A DNA stretch of 64,000 nt, taken from contig JACRNO010000079.1 of the NCBI GenBank assembly GCA_016234855.1, positions 3,503 through 67,502 of the forward strand, in the 5' to 3' direction. This stretch comes from Deltaproteobacteria bacterium (GTDB taxonomy: Bacteria > Desulfobacterota > GWC2-55-46). The position numbers and the translations under genes are program-made. The notes beneath the pieces were generated by a model. The model was not told the DNA's origin. It saw only the letters and a list, made by a program, of their open reading frames with translations, and did no database searches. This document shows, piece by piece, positions 1 through 9,989 of this stretch; position 1 is the stretch's first letter; every line of letters begins with the position of its first letter.

Positions 1-448
1 CCTCGACCATGTGCTCAAGGCGGCGCGCAAGGATGCCATGGAAACTATAGACCTGCATGATATCGTCGAAACTGAGCTTCTTGTCCGCGGCCTTTTCCAT
101 CTCTATCATGACCCTGACGGAGATGGACCTGTCCACGATAAAGTAGAACTGACAATATCCAAGAAATAGGAAAACATAGAGCATCATGCCGCTCAGGAAG
201 TTCATCGCACCGTGTATAAAATGGATGGAACGCTGCGTGAATGCCGGCGCAACCGGCTCCATGGGGACTATGACGAGATAGTCCGCCGGAACGAGCAGAT
301 ATGTGACTACATAAAGGGGTATTATCGAGAAGAAGATTATCGTGAGGGCCCTGAAACGTTCCTTTAGATCGATGGTTCTGAAGACAACGACATGAAGGGC
401 AAGAAAGAGGATGAAACAGCTAAAGCCGATCAAGACCGCCTTAATCAT
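1..448 (-). CDS. hypothetical multi-pass membrane protein; 5' part only, the gene continues past the window start
   Basis: ATG (reverse complement of cat at 446-448). The minus-strand frame is open to position 1. The translation MIKAVLIGFSCFILFLALHVVVF...IIFFSIIPLYVVTYLLVP... is strongly hydrophobic. It is absent from the ORF track because no stop codon lies inside the window. Confidence 0.45.
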   Translation of the reverse strand, partial: MIKAVLIGFSCFILFLALHVVVFRTIDLKERFRALTIIFFSIIPLYVVTYLLVPADYLVIVPMEPVAPAFTQRSIHFIHGAMNFLSGMMLYVFLFLGYCQFYFIVDRSISVRVMIEMEKAADKKLSFDDIMQVYSFHGILARRLEHMVE

Positions 449-711
449 TTGTGCATCTCCCGTTTATCTAAGCCGTCCCTTACCGGCTTAAAGTGCGGAT
501 GATGTCATGATGAATATCGAGTGCTTGGATTTGACGATTATGAATTGCAGGCCGTGTCGAGGTGTGTGGTATGACGAGGTGTACTTCGCGTGATGAACTG
601 TTGTATGTAAGTATACTTCAGAAAATAAGATTGTCAAATCCGCGCCCGGAGGCGCGCCGTAAAATACGGCGCCGCTGGTTCATATACGGCGCGCAAGCGC
701 GCTCAAATGCA

Positions 712-755
712 AGGGAGCAGCCCAGTCTTGCAGACGGGGCTGCTCCCTTATTATG
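712..755. terminator. GC-rich hairpin (gggagcagccc / gggctgctccc, 11-bp stem) downstream of the DUF1858 gene; possible terminator
   Basis: Perfect 11-bp inverted repeat read from the sequence. It is followed by ttatt on the plus strand and ttgcatttg on the minus strand, so the U-tail is weak. Confidence 0.3.
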
Positions 756-782
756 ACATACGCCGTCTTGCAGCGGCTTTAG

Positions 783-1013
783 CTAAGACGCCTTGCCGCT
801 CTCATTCTTTGCCGCTTCCTTGAGTTCTCCCACGAACATCCCAAGGTCTGTCGAATGCATGGTGCAGGCCATGGATATCGGCTCGCCGCCGAACGCAGGG
901 CATGAAAAACAACCGCTGCCGAAGTGTTTGGTGAAGACCGCCTTGGTGGACGGCCATGTCTCGGTTACTTCTCCGGTGGTCATGTCGCCGCCTATGCTAT
1001 TCCAATCCGCCAT
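783..1013 (-). CDS. DUF1858-type small redox-disulfide protein (hybrid-cluster-protein-associated family)
   Basis: 76 aa. Contains a GSGCFSCPAF (C-x2-C-P) motif. The layout MTTGEVTETWPSTKAVFTKHFGSGCFSCP...TDLGMFVGEL resembles the DUF1858 / ScdA N-terminal domain. Confidence 0.6.
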   Translation of the reverse strand: MADWNSIGGDMTTGEVTETWPSTKAVFTKHFGSGCFSCPAFGGEPISMACTMHSTDLGMFVGELKEAAKNESGKAS

Positions 1014-1337
1014 TTTGCGCCTCCTGAGGATTTATATATTCGTACCTACGCCTATACGTCCGTATCAGTTACATCATAACCTGGCCATGATTTATATTAT
1101 ATGACTTTCGTCAGATAAAAACAAGGCTCCGTGGATAGCAGGTTGCTGAAAAACTGTCCATTCAGGCTGTTCAAAAAACTCCCGACCCATCCTCCGGATG
1201 GGTGCCCCGAAGGCATCGAGGAGCGAGGAATGAGGCGTATTTTCTCCATACGCCGCAGTGACGAGCCGGGGCACCCACGCCAGGTGGCGTGGGTCGGATA
1301 ACGCAGTAGATGGAGCTTTTTCAACAGCCTGACAGAA

Positions 1338-4300
1338 CTATACGCCGGACGGGCCCGCCTTCTTCCTTATCCTCAGATCGTCAAAGACCGAGTAGACGAC
1401 CGGTACTACGACGAGCGTTACAAGGAGACAGAGCGCCTGACCGCCGACTATGACGACCGCCATGGAGGCCCTTGACGCGCTGCCGTCGCCCCTGCTGAGA
1501 GTGACCGGGAGCATGCCCGCCACGATGGCGAAGGTCGTCATGAGTATGGGTCTGAGCCTCACCTTGTTTGCCTGCATCTGCGCCTCGAACTTATCCATGC
1601 CGCGCCTGCGCAGGGTATTCGTGTAGTCGACCTGCAGGATGCCGTTCTTCTTCACGACGCCGATGAGTATAAACATGCCCATGATGCTGTAGATGTTAAG
1701 CGTGTTGCCGGCGAGTATGATGGAGAGCACGCCGAACGGTATCGCAAGGAATATCGAGACCATGATGGTTATCGGGTGCACGAAACTCTCGAACTGCGCC
1801 GCCAGCACCATGTAGATGAATATAAGGCTCAGGACGAAGGCTATCAGGAAATTGGCAAAGGCCTCCTGCATGACCTTGCCGCGCCCCAGAAACGATGTTG
1901 AATACCCGGCAGGCATGTTCATCTCGGCTATTATGCGCCTTGCGTCGGATATGGCCGTGCCGAGCGGCTTATCGAAGAGGTTGGAAATGACCGTTATCTG
2001 GCGCTCCTGCGCATAACGGTCGATCTGGCCCGGCGAAGTCCCCGACGTGAAGACCGCAAGGTTGGAAAGTTTCACCAGTCTGTTGCCCGCGCCCGGCACC
2101 GTCAATTCGGATATGGCGTCGGCGCTCTGCCTGTTCCCGGCATTGACCCTCAACCTGACGTTATACTGGTCGTCGCCCTCCCTGTAGAGCGTCACCCTCT
2201 CGCCGCCGACCAGTGTGCGCAAGCTCGTGGCTATCGTCTCCACCCTGACGCCCAGATCCGCCGCCTTCCTGCGGTCGATATGCACCTGCACCTCTGGATG
2301 GCGCAGGGCCTGTCCGGTATCGGTGTCGACAAAGCCCGGCAGGGCCTTGAGCCGCGCTATGAGCGCTGCTGAATACTCATCGAGCTTCGAGAGCTCGGGG
2401 CCTCGCAGAACGACGTTGAACGGGGTGGTCTTGAAGCCGCCGCCGGATATCAAGCCGATATTCTGCGCGCTGATGCGAAGCCCGGTGAACTTTTTAAGGC
2501 GCATGCGCGCATCCTGCATTATATCGGCCTGAGTCCGGTCGCGCTCGGACATGTGTTTCAATCCGACATAAACGGACGCGTCCGTGACGTTCGACTGATA
2601 CGCCCCGCGCACGCCGATATTCGTAAACAGATGCACTACCTCGGGTATCTGCTTCAACTCGGCCTCTATGGTCTTCACCACGGCGTCGCTGGTCTCAAGG
2701 GAAGCGCCCGGAGGCGTCTCTACGATGACCTCGAATTCGCTCATGTCGTCGTCCACGATGAACTCGAACTTGGCCATCTTGCCGAGCGGGACCACGGAGA
2801 CCAGCATCAGTACGGACGCTATAACGACGATAAGCCTGTGGTTGAGGCACCAGCGCAGGAGCCTGAGATACAGGCCCTGAAAGAACCCATAGACGCGCGA
2901 TTCGCGCTCCTGCGTCCCGCTGCCCTGCTTATGCCGGAGGATGCGCGATGAGAGCATAGGCGTGAGGGTAAAGGATACAAGGAGGGAAATCATTATGGCG
3001 AAGGCGGCTGTAAGACCGAAGCTCTTCCAAAACCGCCCGACAAGACCGGACATGAAGGCGACCGGCAGGAAGATGACGACGAGAGAAAGGGTCGTGGCGG
3101 TAACGGCAAGGGCAATCTCCTTGGTGCCGTGTATCGCCGCGTCAAACGGGGTTCTGCCCTCCTCTTCCATGTGCCTGAAGATATTCTCAAGCACGATAAT
3201 CGCGTCATCTATAACGATACCGGTGCAGACCGACAGGGCAAGGAGCGTCATGTTGTTGAGCGTAAAGCCCAGAAACCGCATCGCCGTAAAGGTGCCTATG
3301 ATGGAGGAGGGTATCGCCAGCGCCGCGACAAGCGCGGCGCGCCAGTTCTTTATAAAAAGGAGTATGATGATAGAGGCCAGTATCGAGCCGAGGACGAGGT
3401 CCTCCTCGACCTGATTCACCGACCTCTTTATGAACCGGGACTGGTCCGTGACCACCTGGATATTGATGTCCGGCGGCAGAGTCGCCTTTATCTCGTCAAG
3501 GCGCTCCTTAACCCTGTCGGCGACCTTGACAGTATTCGTGCCCGACTGTTTTCGTATGAGGAGCGTCACCGCGTTGTTGCCGTCGAGACGCGAGAGCGTG
3601 CGGGCCTCTTCCTCAGCATCCGCGACCGAGCCGATATCGCGCAACCGGACCGGCGCGCCCTTGCGCTCCGCGATTATCAGGTCTTCAAAGCCGCCTACGC
3701 TCTCAAGCCTGCCCATGGTGCGAAGGCCCTCTTCATGTCCGCCCGATGTAATCCTGCCGCCGGGCACCTCGACGTTGCCGCGCTGCAGCGCCGCCTTTAC
3801 GTCGATAATGGACAGGTTGTAAGCGGCGAGCCTGTCAGGGTCGGCGATGACCTGAATCTCGCGCTTACGGTCGCCCACTATGGCTATGGCGCCGATGTCC
3901 TGTATGACCTCAATCTGGCGTTTGAGTTTCTTATCGGCAATCTCCGTAATCTCGCGGGGACTGCGCTTGCCTGAGACGACGAGCGACATGATAGGCGAGG
4001 CGTCAGGGTCGAACTTCTCCATAACGGGCGAATCGGTGCCCGGAGGAAACTGCGAGAGGATGGCCGAGACCTTCTCGCGAACCTCGTTGGACGCGACGTC
4101 GATATTCTTCTCGAGCAGGAACGTGGCAAAGACCTGGGATTGGCCTTCAATGGTGGTCGAGCGCAGTTCGTCGATGCCGTTTATAGTGTTGACAGCCTCT
4201 TCGACGCGCTTGGTTATCTGGGTCTCAATCTCTTCGGGAGAGGCGCCCTGGAGCCGTGTGGTTATGGTGACGGTCGGCAGGTCGACCTTGGGGAAGATAT

Positions 4301-4403
4301 CTACGCCAAGTTCGCGATACGAGGCCAGACCAAGCACGATAAGGCTCATCACGAGCATCGTCGCGAATACGGGCCTTCTTATGCACAATTCGTAGAGGGA
4401 CAT
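1338..4403 (-). CDS. RND multidrug efflux permease, HAE1 / AcrB family
   Basis: 1021 aa. The N-terminus MSLYELCIRRPVFATMLVMSLIVLGLASYRELGVDIFPKVDLPTVTI is the canonical AcrB start. The protein has 12 transmembrane segments and two large periplasmic loops. Confidence 0.95.
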   Translation of the reverse strand: MSLYELCIRRPVFATMLVMSLIVLGLASYRELGVDIFPKVDLPTVTITTRLQGASPEEIETQITKRVEEAVNTINGIDELRSTTIEGQSQVFATFLLEKNIDVASNEVREKVSAILSQFPPGTDSPVMEKFDPDASPIMSLVVSGKRSPREITEIADKKLKRQIEVIQDIGAIAIVGDRKREIQVIADPDRLAAYNLSIIDVKAALQRGNVEVPGGRITSGGHEEGLRTMGRLESVGGFEDLIIAERKGAPVRLRDIGSVADAEEEARTLSRLDGNNAVTLLIRKQSGTNTVKVADRVKERLDEIKATLPPDINIQVVTDQSRFIKRSVNQVEEDLVLGSILASIIILLFIKNWRAALVAALAIPSSIIGTFTAMRFLGFTLNNMTLLALSVCTGIVIDDAIIVLENIFRHMEEEGRTPFDAAIHGTKEIALAVTATTLSLVVIFLPVAFMSGLVGRFWKSFGLTAAFAIMISLLVSFTLTPMLSSRILRHKQGSGTQERESRVYGFFQGLYLRLLRWCLNHRLIVVIASVLMLVSVVPLGKMAKFEFIVDDDMSEFEVIVETPPGASLETSDAVVKTIEAELKQIPEVVHLFTNIGVRGAYQSNVTDASVYVGLKHMSERDRTQADIMQDARMRLKKFTGLRISAQNIGLISGGGFKTTPFNVVLRGPELSKLDEYSAALIARLKALPGFVDTDTGQALRHPEVQVHIDRRKAADLGVRVETIATSLRTLVGGERVTLYREGDDQYNVRLRVNAGNRQSADAISELTVPGAGNRLVKLSNLAVFTSGTSPGQIDRYAQERQITVISNLFDKPLGTAISDARRIIAEMNMPAGYSTSFLGRGKVMQEAFANFLIAFVLSLIFIYMVLAAQFESFVHPITIMVSIFLAIPFGVLSIILAGNTLNIYSIMGMFILIGVVKKNGILQVDYTNTLRRRGMDKFEAQMQANKVRLRPILMTTFAIVAGMLPVTLSRGDGSASRASMAVVIVGGQALCLLVTLVVVPVVYSVFDDLRIRKKAGPSGV

Positions 4404-4471
4404 GGGGAATTGATATATCCGTCAGTTAGTGGGTTATCGTAATCCGCATATTCAGTCTCGCGCGCCGCGCC

Positions 4472-5626
4472 TTACTTCTTCACGCCAACCGTCACTGGAA
4501 CGCCTTCGTAGAGATTGGCCAGGTTTGACGAGGCGATGACGTCTCCCGGCTTTACGTCGCCGATTATCTCGGTCATCCCGCCGTCCTTACGTCCGACCCT
4601 CACCATCCGCTCGCGGGCCGTCCCGTTCTCGATGACAAAGACCTTTGTTATGCCGACGAAGGAATATATCGCGGACTCCGGGGCAAACGGCGCGGCCTCG
4701 TCGTGTCTCGTCAGGATTACGCCCTTTGCGAAATAGCCGGGCTTGAGGATATTGCCTGGGTTCGGCACAATGGCCTCGACGTCAAGCGAGCGCGTCTCAA
4801 CGTCAACCGCAGGACTTACCCTCGAGAGCGTTCCCGTAAACTCCCTTCCCTGAAAGGCGTCTACGGTTACTCTTATCTTCTGGCCTGCGGCAATCTCAGG
4901 CACGGCTGACTCAGGCACCGTGCCTCGGAACTTGAGCGGGCCGCTGCTTACTATGGTAAACATCGGCGTCTTGTCCCGCAGCGACTCTCCGGGCGAGACG
5001 AGCCTCTTTTTCACGACGCCCTCTATGGGTGAAACGATTGTCGTGTCGGAAAGCCGCTTTTTTGCAATATCGAGATAGGCCTCGGATTGGGTAAGACGCG
5101 ACTCGGCCTCCTTGAACTGGGCAAAGGCGACGTCAAACTGGGTCTTTACAAGGTCATACTGGCTCTGCGAGACCATCTCCTGCCTGAACAACTCGGCGTA
5201 TCTCTCAAGAGAGGTCTTCGCATCGACATAGCGCGCCCTCTCCTTCTCAACGGTCTTTGCGTTGGCGGCGTTGGCGGCCTGCGCCTGTGCAAGACCGAGC
5301 CGCGCCTCCCTCTGGTCAAGGACGGCGAGATGAGCGCCAATCTCGACGCGGTCGCCAAGGTCGGCGATTATGCGACCGACCGTGCCGGGACCCTCGTTGC
5401 TCACAACGACCTCGTCAAGCGCGGCCAGCGTGCCGGTGGCCTCGACGCTGCGTTCGATGGCGCGCCCTTCGACCGCGACCGTTGTGATAGCCTGAGCCTG
5501 CGCGCCCTTCCTGGCGCCGCCCGCCTCGGTCTTTTGCGCGTCCTTTGAGCACCCGTAGTTGATAAAGAGGCACAGGAGCGCCGCGGATGCGGCAACCGAG
5601 AGCCTCAAACGACCTTTCTTTCGCAT
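4472..5626 (-). CDS. RND efflux periplasmic adaptor (membrane fusion protein, HlyD/AcrA family); lipoprotein
   Basis: 384 aa. Signal peptide with a lipobox-like LFINYGC. The coiled-coil plus beta-barrel layout is typical of membrane fusion proteins. Sits immediately upstream of the RND pump. Confidence 0.85.
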   Translation of the reverse strand: MRKKGRLRLSVAASAALLCLFINYGCSKDAQKTEAGGARKGAQAQAITTVAVEGRAIERSVEATGTLAALDEVVVSNEGPGTVGRIIADLGDRVEIGAHLAVLDQREARLGLAQAQAANAANAKTVEKERARYVDAKTSLERYAELFRQEMVSQSQYDLVKTQFDVAFAQFKEAESRLTQSEAYLDIAKKRLSDTTIVSPIEGVVKKRLVSPGESLRDKTPMFTIVSSGPLKFRGTVPESAVPEIAAGQKIRVTVDAFQGREFTGTLSRVSPAVDVETRSLDVEAIVPNPGNILKPGYFAKGVILTRHDEAAPFAPESAIYSFVGITKVFVIENGTARERMVRVGRKDGGMTEIIGDVKPGDVIASSNLANLYEGVPVTVGVKK

Positions 5627-5696
5627 AACCTTCTCCCGACAGGATTAAAGTTAAAGGTTGAAAACATGACCGGTTATTTAATAAGGTTTAAAAAAA

Positions 5697-7160
5697 TTAA
5701 AGCCCGGACTCAAGCCCGTGCTCCTCGTCCCTGACCATGACCTCTTCACCGAGCCTGCCGGTCACGGCCTTGAGCGCGAGCTTCGCAAGCTCGTAATCGT
5801 ATGTGGCATTCATCAGGGAGCGCTGCGCGTCGATGAGCGCGCCGTCCGCGTCTATGACGTCTACGATCGCGGCCAGCCCGTATTTGAATTGTTCGGCGAC
5901 CATCCGCGCGTCCTCTTCAGCGAACGAGAGCTGCTTTTTGTACGTCTCAATGACCGCGGAGACGGCCTCAAGCCTGTCAACGGCCTCGCGCACCTGGACC
6001 TCTATGTCGCGCCTTAACGAAAGGCGGCGAAACTCCGACTCCCTGTGCTTACTGCGGGCCTCGGAGAGCTCGGCGTAGCGCAGGCCGCCTTCGAATATCG
6101 GGAAAGCAAGCACCAGCGAACCTGAGACAGACTCTTTCTGAAAGAAGGTCGTCTTCGGGCTCTGCTCGCGCCATGAATAAAGCCCTTCAAAACGCAGCGA
6201 CGGCATAAACCAGCTCTTCGCGTAAGAGATACCCTCGTCCGCGGCCTTCTCGTCAAGCAGGCTCTGCCTGTAGTCGGAACGCTGTTCGAGCGCGGTCTTT
6301 ACGAGTTCATCCGTCTCCTGCATGCCCATGGCCCTGACCGGCGGTTCCACAAGCTGAAAAGCGCCGGTCATGCCGGTAATCCTGGCAAAGAGGCTCTGTG
6401 CGTCCTTAAGCGCGGCCTCGGCGCTGATAAGCCCGGCCTGCGCCCCGGCCAGCAACGCCTCCGAACGCAGAAGCGAGGCGCGCGTGACCTCGCCCACCTT
6501 AAGGCGCGCCGCGGCAATCTTTCGCCGCTCTTCGGCGCGCTTGAGCGCGGCGGTCTTTATCTCTATTTCCCGGTCCGCCTTGAGCACGCCGTAATACGCC
6601 CTTGCCGTAAGGCGGATGACCTCGTCACGGGCCGCCTCCTGCCCTGCCATTGATTTACTTGAGATGATACGGGCCTGCCTTCTCGCGGCCCATTCCCTGC
6701 CGCCGGTGTAGAGCGGCTGGGTAAGCCTTACGTCGACACGGGAGGCGTCATCCGGCTGGATGACGAATGCCCCGGCGGTCTCCTGCTTGCTGTATGCGGT
6801 ATAACTGCCCTCGGCCGTGAGTTTCGGGAGTATCTGCGATACCGCCTTGTCGACCTGAGCCCCGGCCTGCATTGCGCCCTCGCCGGCTATCTTTATAGCC
6901 TCGTGCGAGGAGATGGCGAGGCGATATGCCTCATCGAGCGTTATCGTCTTAGTCTCGTCTTCGGCAAAGGCCCGGCCCGGCGCCAAGCTCGACAATACAA
7001 ATAAAGCAAAGACGGATGATATCAAAAGAGCGCGCATGCGCCGGTTTATGCGCGAACGAACCGGTTTGGCCAATTTGGATAGAGTCATACATCCCCCTGC
7101 AAAAAAATGAAGTGTGAATGGCCTTAGACGAAAGACGGCAAGGCCGCACAGACCGGCCAT
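5697..7160 (-). CDS. outer membrane efflux protein (TolC / OMF family)
   Basis: 487 aa with two OEP-type repeats. The start ATG overlaps the TetR stop (minus-strand TAATG), so the exact N-terminus is uncertain. A signal peptide begins around the internal MRALLISSVFALFVLSSLAPGRAFA. Confidence 0.85.
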   Translation of the reverse strand: MAGLCGLAVFRLRPFTLHFFAGGCMTLSKLAKPVRSRINRRMRALLISSVFALFVLSSLAPGRAFAEDETKTITLDEAYRLAISSHEAIKIAGEGAMQAGAQVDKAVSQILPKLTAEGSYTAYSKQETAGAFVIQPDDASRVDVRLTQPLYTGGREWAARRQARIISSKSMAGQEAARDEVIRLTARAYYGVLKADREIEIKTAALKRAEERRKIAAARLKVGEVTRASLLRSEALLAGAQAGLISAEAALKDAQSLFARITGMTGAFQLVEPPVRAMGMQETDELVKTALEQRSDYRQSLLDEKAADEGISYAKSWFMPSLRFEGLYSWREQSPKTTFFQKESVSGSLVLAFPIFEGGLRYAELSEARSKHRESEFRRLSLRRDIEVQVREAVDRLEAVSAVIETYKKQLSFAEEDARMVAEQFKYGLAAIVDVIDADGALIDAQRSLMNATYDYELAKLALKAVTGRLGEEVMVRDEEHGLESGL

Positions 7161-7795
7161 TACCGCCGACTGACTTTCAACATGCCGTCAAAGAATATGT
7201 CAACGAATGCGTTCACCACCTCGGCGTCCGGTCTCTTGAAGTGCTTTCCGAGCCCGAATATCTCCTGCGAGATGCTGTAATATGCGACCATGCCCAGAAA
7301 CGCCCTTGATACAAGCAAAGGGTCTATGTCCGCCCTGAACGAGCCTTCTTTGACAAGGAGCTTTATCTGGACCTGTATATGCTCGAAGAACTCCATGCCT
7401 CTGGTATTCATGAACTTTTCAGAAAGACCGTGCCCCTCAAGCGCGCTATATATCAGAAGACGCAGGAAGGAGTCGTCCTGCCTGTGTTCGGAGATAAGAA
7501 ATGCGGCAATCTCCCTGAAGAACTCCTTGCCCTGCATCCCCTTCAACCTTACGAGCAGACGGGAGTTGCCCTGCGTATCCGAACAACGGGCGTTTATGAT
7601 CGCGTCGAAGAGCGCGTCCTTGTTGGAAAAATGTCTGTAGATTACCGCCTCGCTGATACCGGCGGCCTCGGCTATCTGACGCGTGGTGGTGCCGCTGAAA
7701 CCTCTGGCCGCAAAAAGGCTCGTTGCGACACTGACTATCTGGTCCTTTCTCTCGGCGGCGCTCAGGCGCATTTTTTTTGGATTATTCCTCTTCAT
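7160..7795 (-). CDS. TetR/AcrR family transcriptional regulator; first gene of the efflux operon
   Basis: 211 aa. N-terminal HTH: LSAAERKDQIVSVATSLFAARGFSGTTTRQIAEAAGISEAVIYRHFSNKDALF. Confidence 0.9.
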   Translation of the reverse strand: MKRNNPKKMRLSAAERKDQIVSVATSLFAARGFSGTTTRQIAEAAGISEAVIYRHFSNKDALFDAIINARCSDTQGNSRLLVRLKGMQGKEFFREIAAFLISEHRQDDSFLRLLIYSALEGHGLSEKFMNTRGMEFFEHIQVQIKLLVKEGSFRADIDPLLVSRAFLGMVAYYSISQEIFGLGKHFKRPDAEVVNAFVDIFFDGMLKVSRR

Positions 7796-7960
7796 GTATG
7801 TTAGTAAGTGCTTACTTTACTATACCGCGCCTCGCTTGTCAAGTGGTTACGGACAAATGTCAGTTAAGGGCCATATAATTTGTGTTAGACTCTGTAGCAG
7901 GCTGAACAAATTTTGAGACTCTCATCAAACTGATGGGTGAAGAGGAGGAAATAAGGCGGT

Positions 7961-8710
7961 ATGGCTGATACGGCGATACGGGAAGAGTCCGTGACTATAG
8001 ACGGCGCGCGTTTCGAGTGGTTGGCGCAGTCCACCGTCCGCGTGAGGTTCGCGGACGGGTTTATCGTCTACTTCGACCCCATAAGGCTCGATACGGCCCC
8101 GCCCCTGGCCGACCTCATCCTCATCACGCACCATCACGTAGACCATTGCCTGCCCGAGTTCATAGTCCCGATACGCGGCCCAAAGACGCAGGTAGCCGCC
8201 TTTCACGACAGCTACGTTAAATACTGCGTAAAGGATATAAAGGGCGTACGCACGGTAAAGACAGGCCAGACCGTTACCCTTGGCGAGGCCAGGATAACCG
8301 GCATCGACGCCTACACAAGGCGCGGGTTTCACAGCAAGGGTGAAGGCTGCGGATTTATCCTTGAATATAAAGGAGTTACAGTATATTTCTCAGGCGACAC
8401 GTCAAGGATTGACGAGATGGGACAACTTGGCCGGGTAGACGTAGCCATCATGCCGATAGCCGACAACACCTATACGATTGACGCAATGGATATGGTGGAA
8501 GCGGTAAAGACGATAAAACCGAGGCTCTTTATCCCTGTCCATTTCACGCCTGAGGACGAACCTGACCCGGTAGTAAAAGAAGGGATGTTCTCGACAAAAG
8601 ACATACGTTTCTTCACGAGAAAGGCCGACCCTGCCGCCCTGCTCCCATGCTTTGAGGGAACCGGCATCAAGATGGTCATGCTCAGGAAACTTACCAAGCC
8701 CGGAGAATAG
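7961..8710 (+). CDS. MBL-fold metallo-hydrolase
   Basis: 249 aa. Contains the HHHVDH metal-binding motif (LILITHHHVDHC). A GAGGAGG ribosome-binding site sits 8 nt upstream. Confidence 0.75.
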   Translation: MADTAIREESVTIDGARFEWLAQSTVRVRFADGFIVYFDPIRLDTAPPLADLILITHHHVDHCLPEFIVPIRGPKTQVAAFHDSYVKYCVKDIKGVRTVKTGQTVTLGEARITGIDAYTRRGFHSKGEGCGFILEYKGVTVYFSGDTSRIDEMGQLGRVDVAIMPIADNTYTIDAMDMVEAVKTIKPRLFIPVHFTPEDEPDPVVKEGMFSTKDIRFFTRKADPAALLPCFEGTGIKMVMLRKLTKPGE

Positions 8711-8718
8711 AACAAGCG

Positions 8719-8814
8719 CTAAGACAGGCTTATCTGGATGGTAAACGCCACGACCAAGGCAATGAAGATGCCCACCAGCATGATATCGACAGGCTTGAAC
8801 TCGTCAAAGTCCAT
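8719..8814 (-). CDS. candidate 31-aa single-transmembrane small peptide, not in the ORF track
   Basis: ATG preceded by GGAGG at a 4-nt spacing. Translation: MDFDEFKPVDIMLVGIFIALVVAFTIQISLS. Too short for the ORF track; identified by reading the moxR upstream region. Confidence 0.3.
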   Translation of the reverse strand: MDFDEFKPVDIMLVGIFIALVVAFTIQISLS

Positions 8815-9002
8815 AATGCCTCCGGTTAATGATTGAATTTGCCTATGACAACTTAACTGGGACTGCGCATTATCAAAACACCTTCACAAACCAATCCTAA
8901 CTTTTTCAAGATTAAAGACCGATTAAGGTTCGGTTATCGAGACTTAATCTACGGCATGGCATGGCCGCGGCCAGGCATGCGGGACCGAACGCCTGAAACC
9001 CT

Positions 9003-9031
9003 TTGACGCGCCATGATGCAATTGGTAGAAT
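9003..9031 (+). promoter_or_regulatory. sigma70-like promoter for moxR (TTGACG-N17-TAGAAT)
   Basis: TTGACG at 9003-9008, a 17-nt spacer, and TAGAAT at 9026-9031. The ATG lies at 9038, so the leader is very short. Confidence 0.35.
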
Positions 9032-9037
9032 CAGACC

Positions 9038-9982
9038 ATGGAAATCAAAGACGTCTACGAAAAGACCAGGGGCCTCCAGACCAGCCTTGGCCGCGTTATA
9101 CGCGGCAAATCCGCCATCATAGACCTTGCCGTGACAGCGCTCCTTGCGCGCGGGCACCTGCTGATAGAAGACGTGCCGGGCGTGGGCAAGACGACCCTGG
9201 CCCACGGCCTTGCAAGGTCCATAAGCTGCTCTTTTCAGCGGATACAGTTCACGAGCGACCTCCTGCCCTCGGACGTGATCGGCGTGACCGTCTACAACCA
9301 GTCGGCGCACACCTTCGAGTTCAGGCCCGGCCCGATATTCGCCAATATCGTGCTTGCCGACGAGATAAACCGCACTACCCCGAAGACGCAGAGCGCGCTA
9401 TTAGAGGCCATGAACGACCGCCAGGTCTCCATCGACAGGGTCACATACGCGCTGCCCATCCCGTTCATGCTCCTTGCGACGCAAAACCCGCTTGAATACG
9501 CAGGCACCTTCCCTCTGCCCGAATCCCAGCTCGACAGGTTCACCATGTCCATCAAGATAGGCTACCCGGATACGGCTGACGAGCGCGATATCATCAAATC
9601 CGTCTCGTCCGCAAAGGTCATCGAGACACTCGAACCCGTCATCACCGCGAACGAGCTCGGTGCGATGCAGGATGCCGTGGAAAAGGTCACAGTGGCCGAC
9701 GACCTCGTAGGCTACATACTCGCCATAGCCAGGGCCACGCGCTCACACAAGGGCATACGCCTCGGGGTAAGCCCGCGCGCCACCGCTACCCTATACCGCG
9801 CGGCCCAGGCCTTTGCCGTGGTTGCCGGGCGCGGCTACTGCATACCCGACGATATCAAGGCCCTTGCCGTGCCCGCCTTCGCCCACAGGATAATACCGTC
9901 CGACCTCCGCGCGGACGAGGGAACACAGGTCAACGCGGCCATTATAGAGGAGATACTCGCGACGGTAAACGTGCCTGTGTGA
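9038..9982 (+). CDS. MoxR-family AAA+ ATPase
   Basis: 314 aa. Walker A motif DVPGVGKT. Overall MoxR pattern (LLIEDVPGVGKTTLA...IVLADEINR). Confidence 0.9.
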   Translation: MEIKDVYEKTRGLQTSLGRVIRGKSAIIDLAVTALLARGHLLIEDVPGVGKTTLAHGLARSISCSFQRIQFTSDLLPSDVIGVTVYNQSAHTFEFRPGPIFANIVLADEINRTTPKTQSALLEAMNDRQVSIDRVTYALPIPFMLLATQNPLEYAGTFPLPESQLDRFTMSIKIGYPDTADERDIIKSVSSAKVIETLEPVITANELGAMQDAVEKVTVADDLVGYILAIARATRSHKGIRLGVSPRATATLYRAAQAFAVVAGRGYCIPDDIKALAVPAFAHRIIPSDLRADEGTQVNAAIIEEILATVNVPV

Positions 9983-9989
9983 TAAAGAT

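Noticed and set aside
1097-1324. Overlapping 60-75-aa minus-strand ORFs in the 324-bp spacer downstream of the RND pump gene
   Set aside because: Two frames overlap each other. The products are Pro/Arg/Ser-rich and unstructured, and there is no ribosome-binding site. The region does contain GC hairpins (cccatcc-tcc-ggatggg; cccacgcc-aggt-ggcgtggg) that are more likely the 3' structure of the efflux transcript.
3129-3974. Long plus-strand ORFs antisense to large genes, for example 3129-3974, 25657-26361, 32217-33380, 44168-45325 and 55124-56092
   Set aside because: They are typical GC-rich antisense open frames. Their products are Arg/Ala/Gly-rich and low-complexity with no recognisable motifs. 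Each is fully contained within a well-supported minus-strand gene (acrB, the DAHP synthase gene, dnaE, the GAF-PAS gene, mcp).
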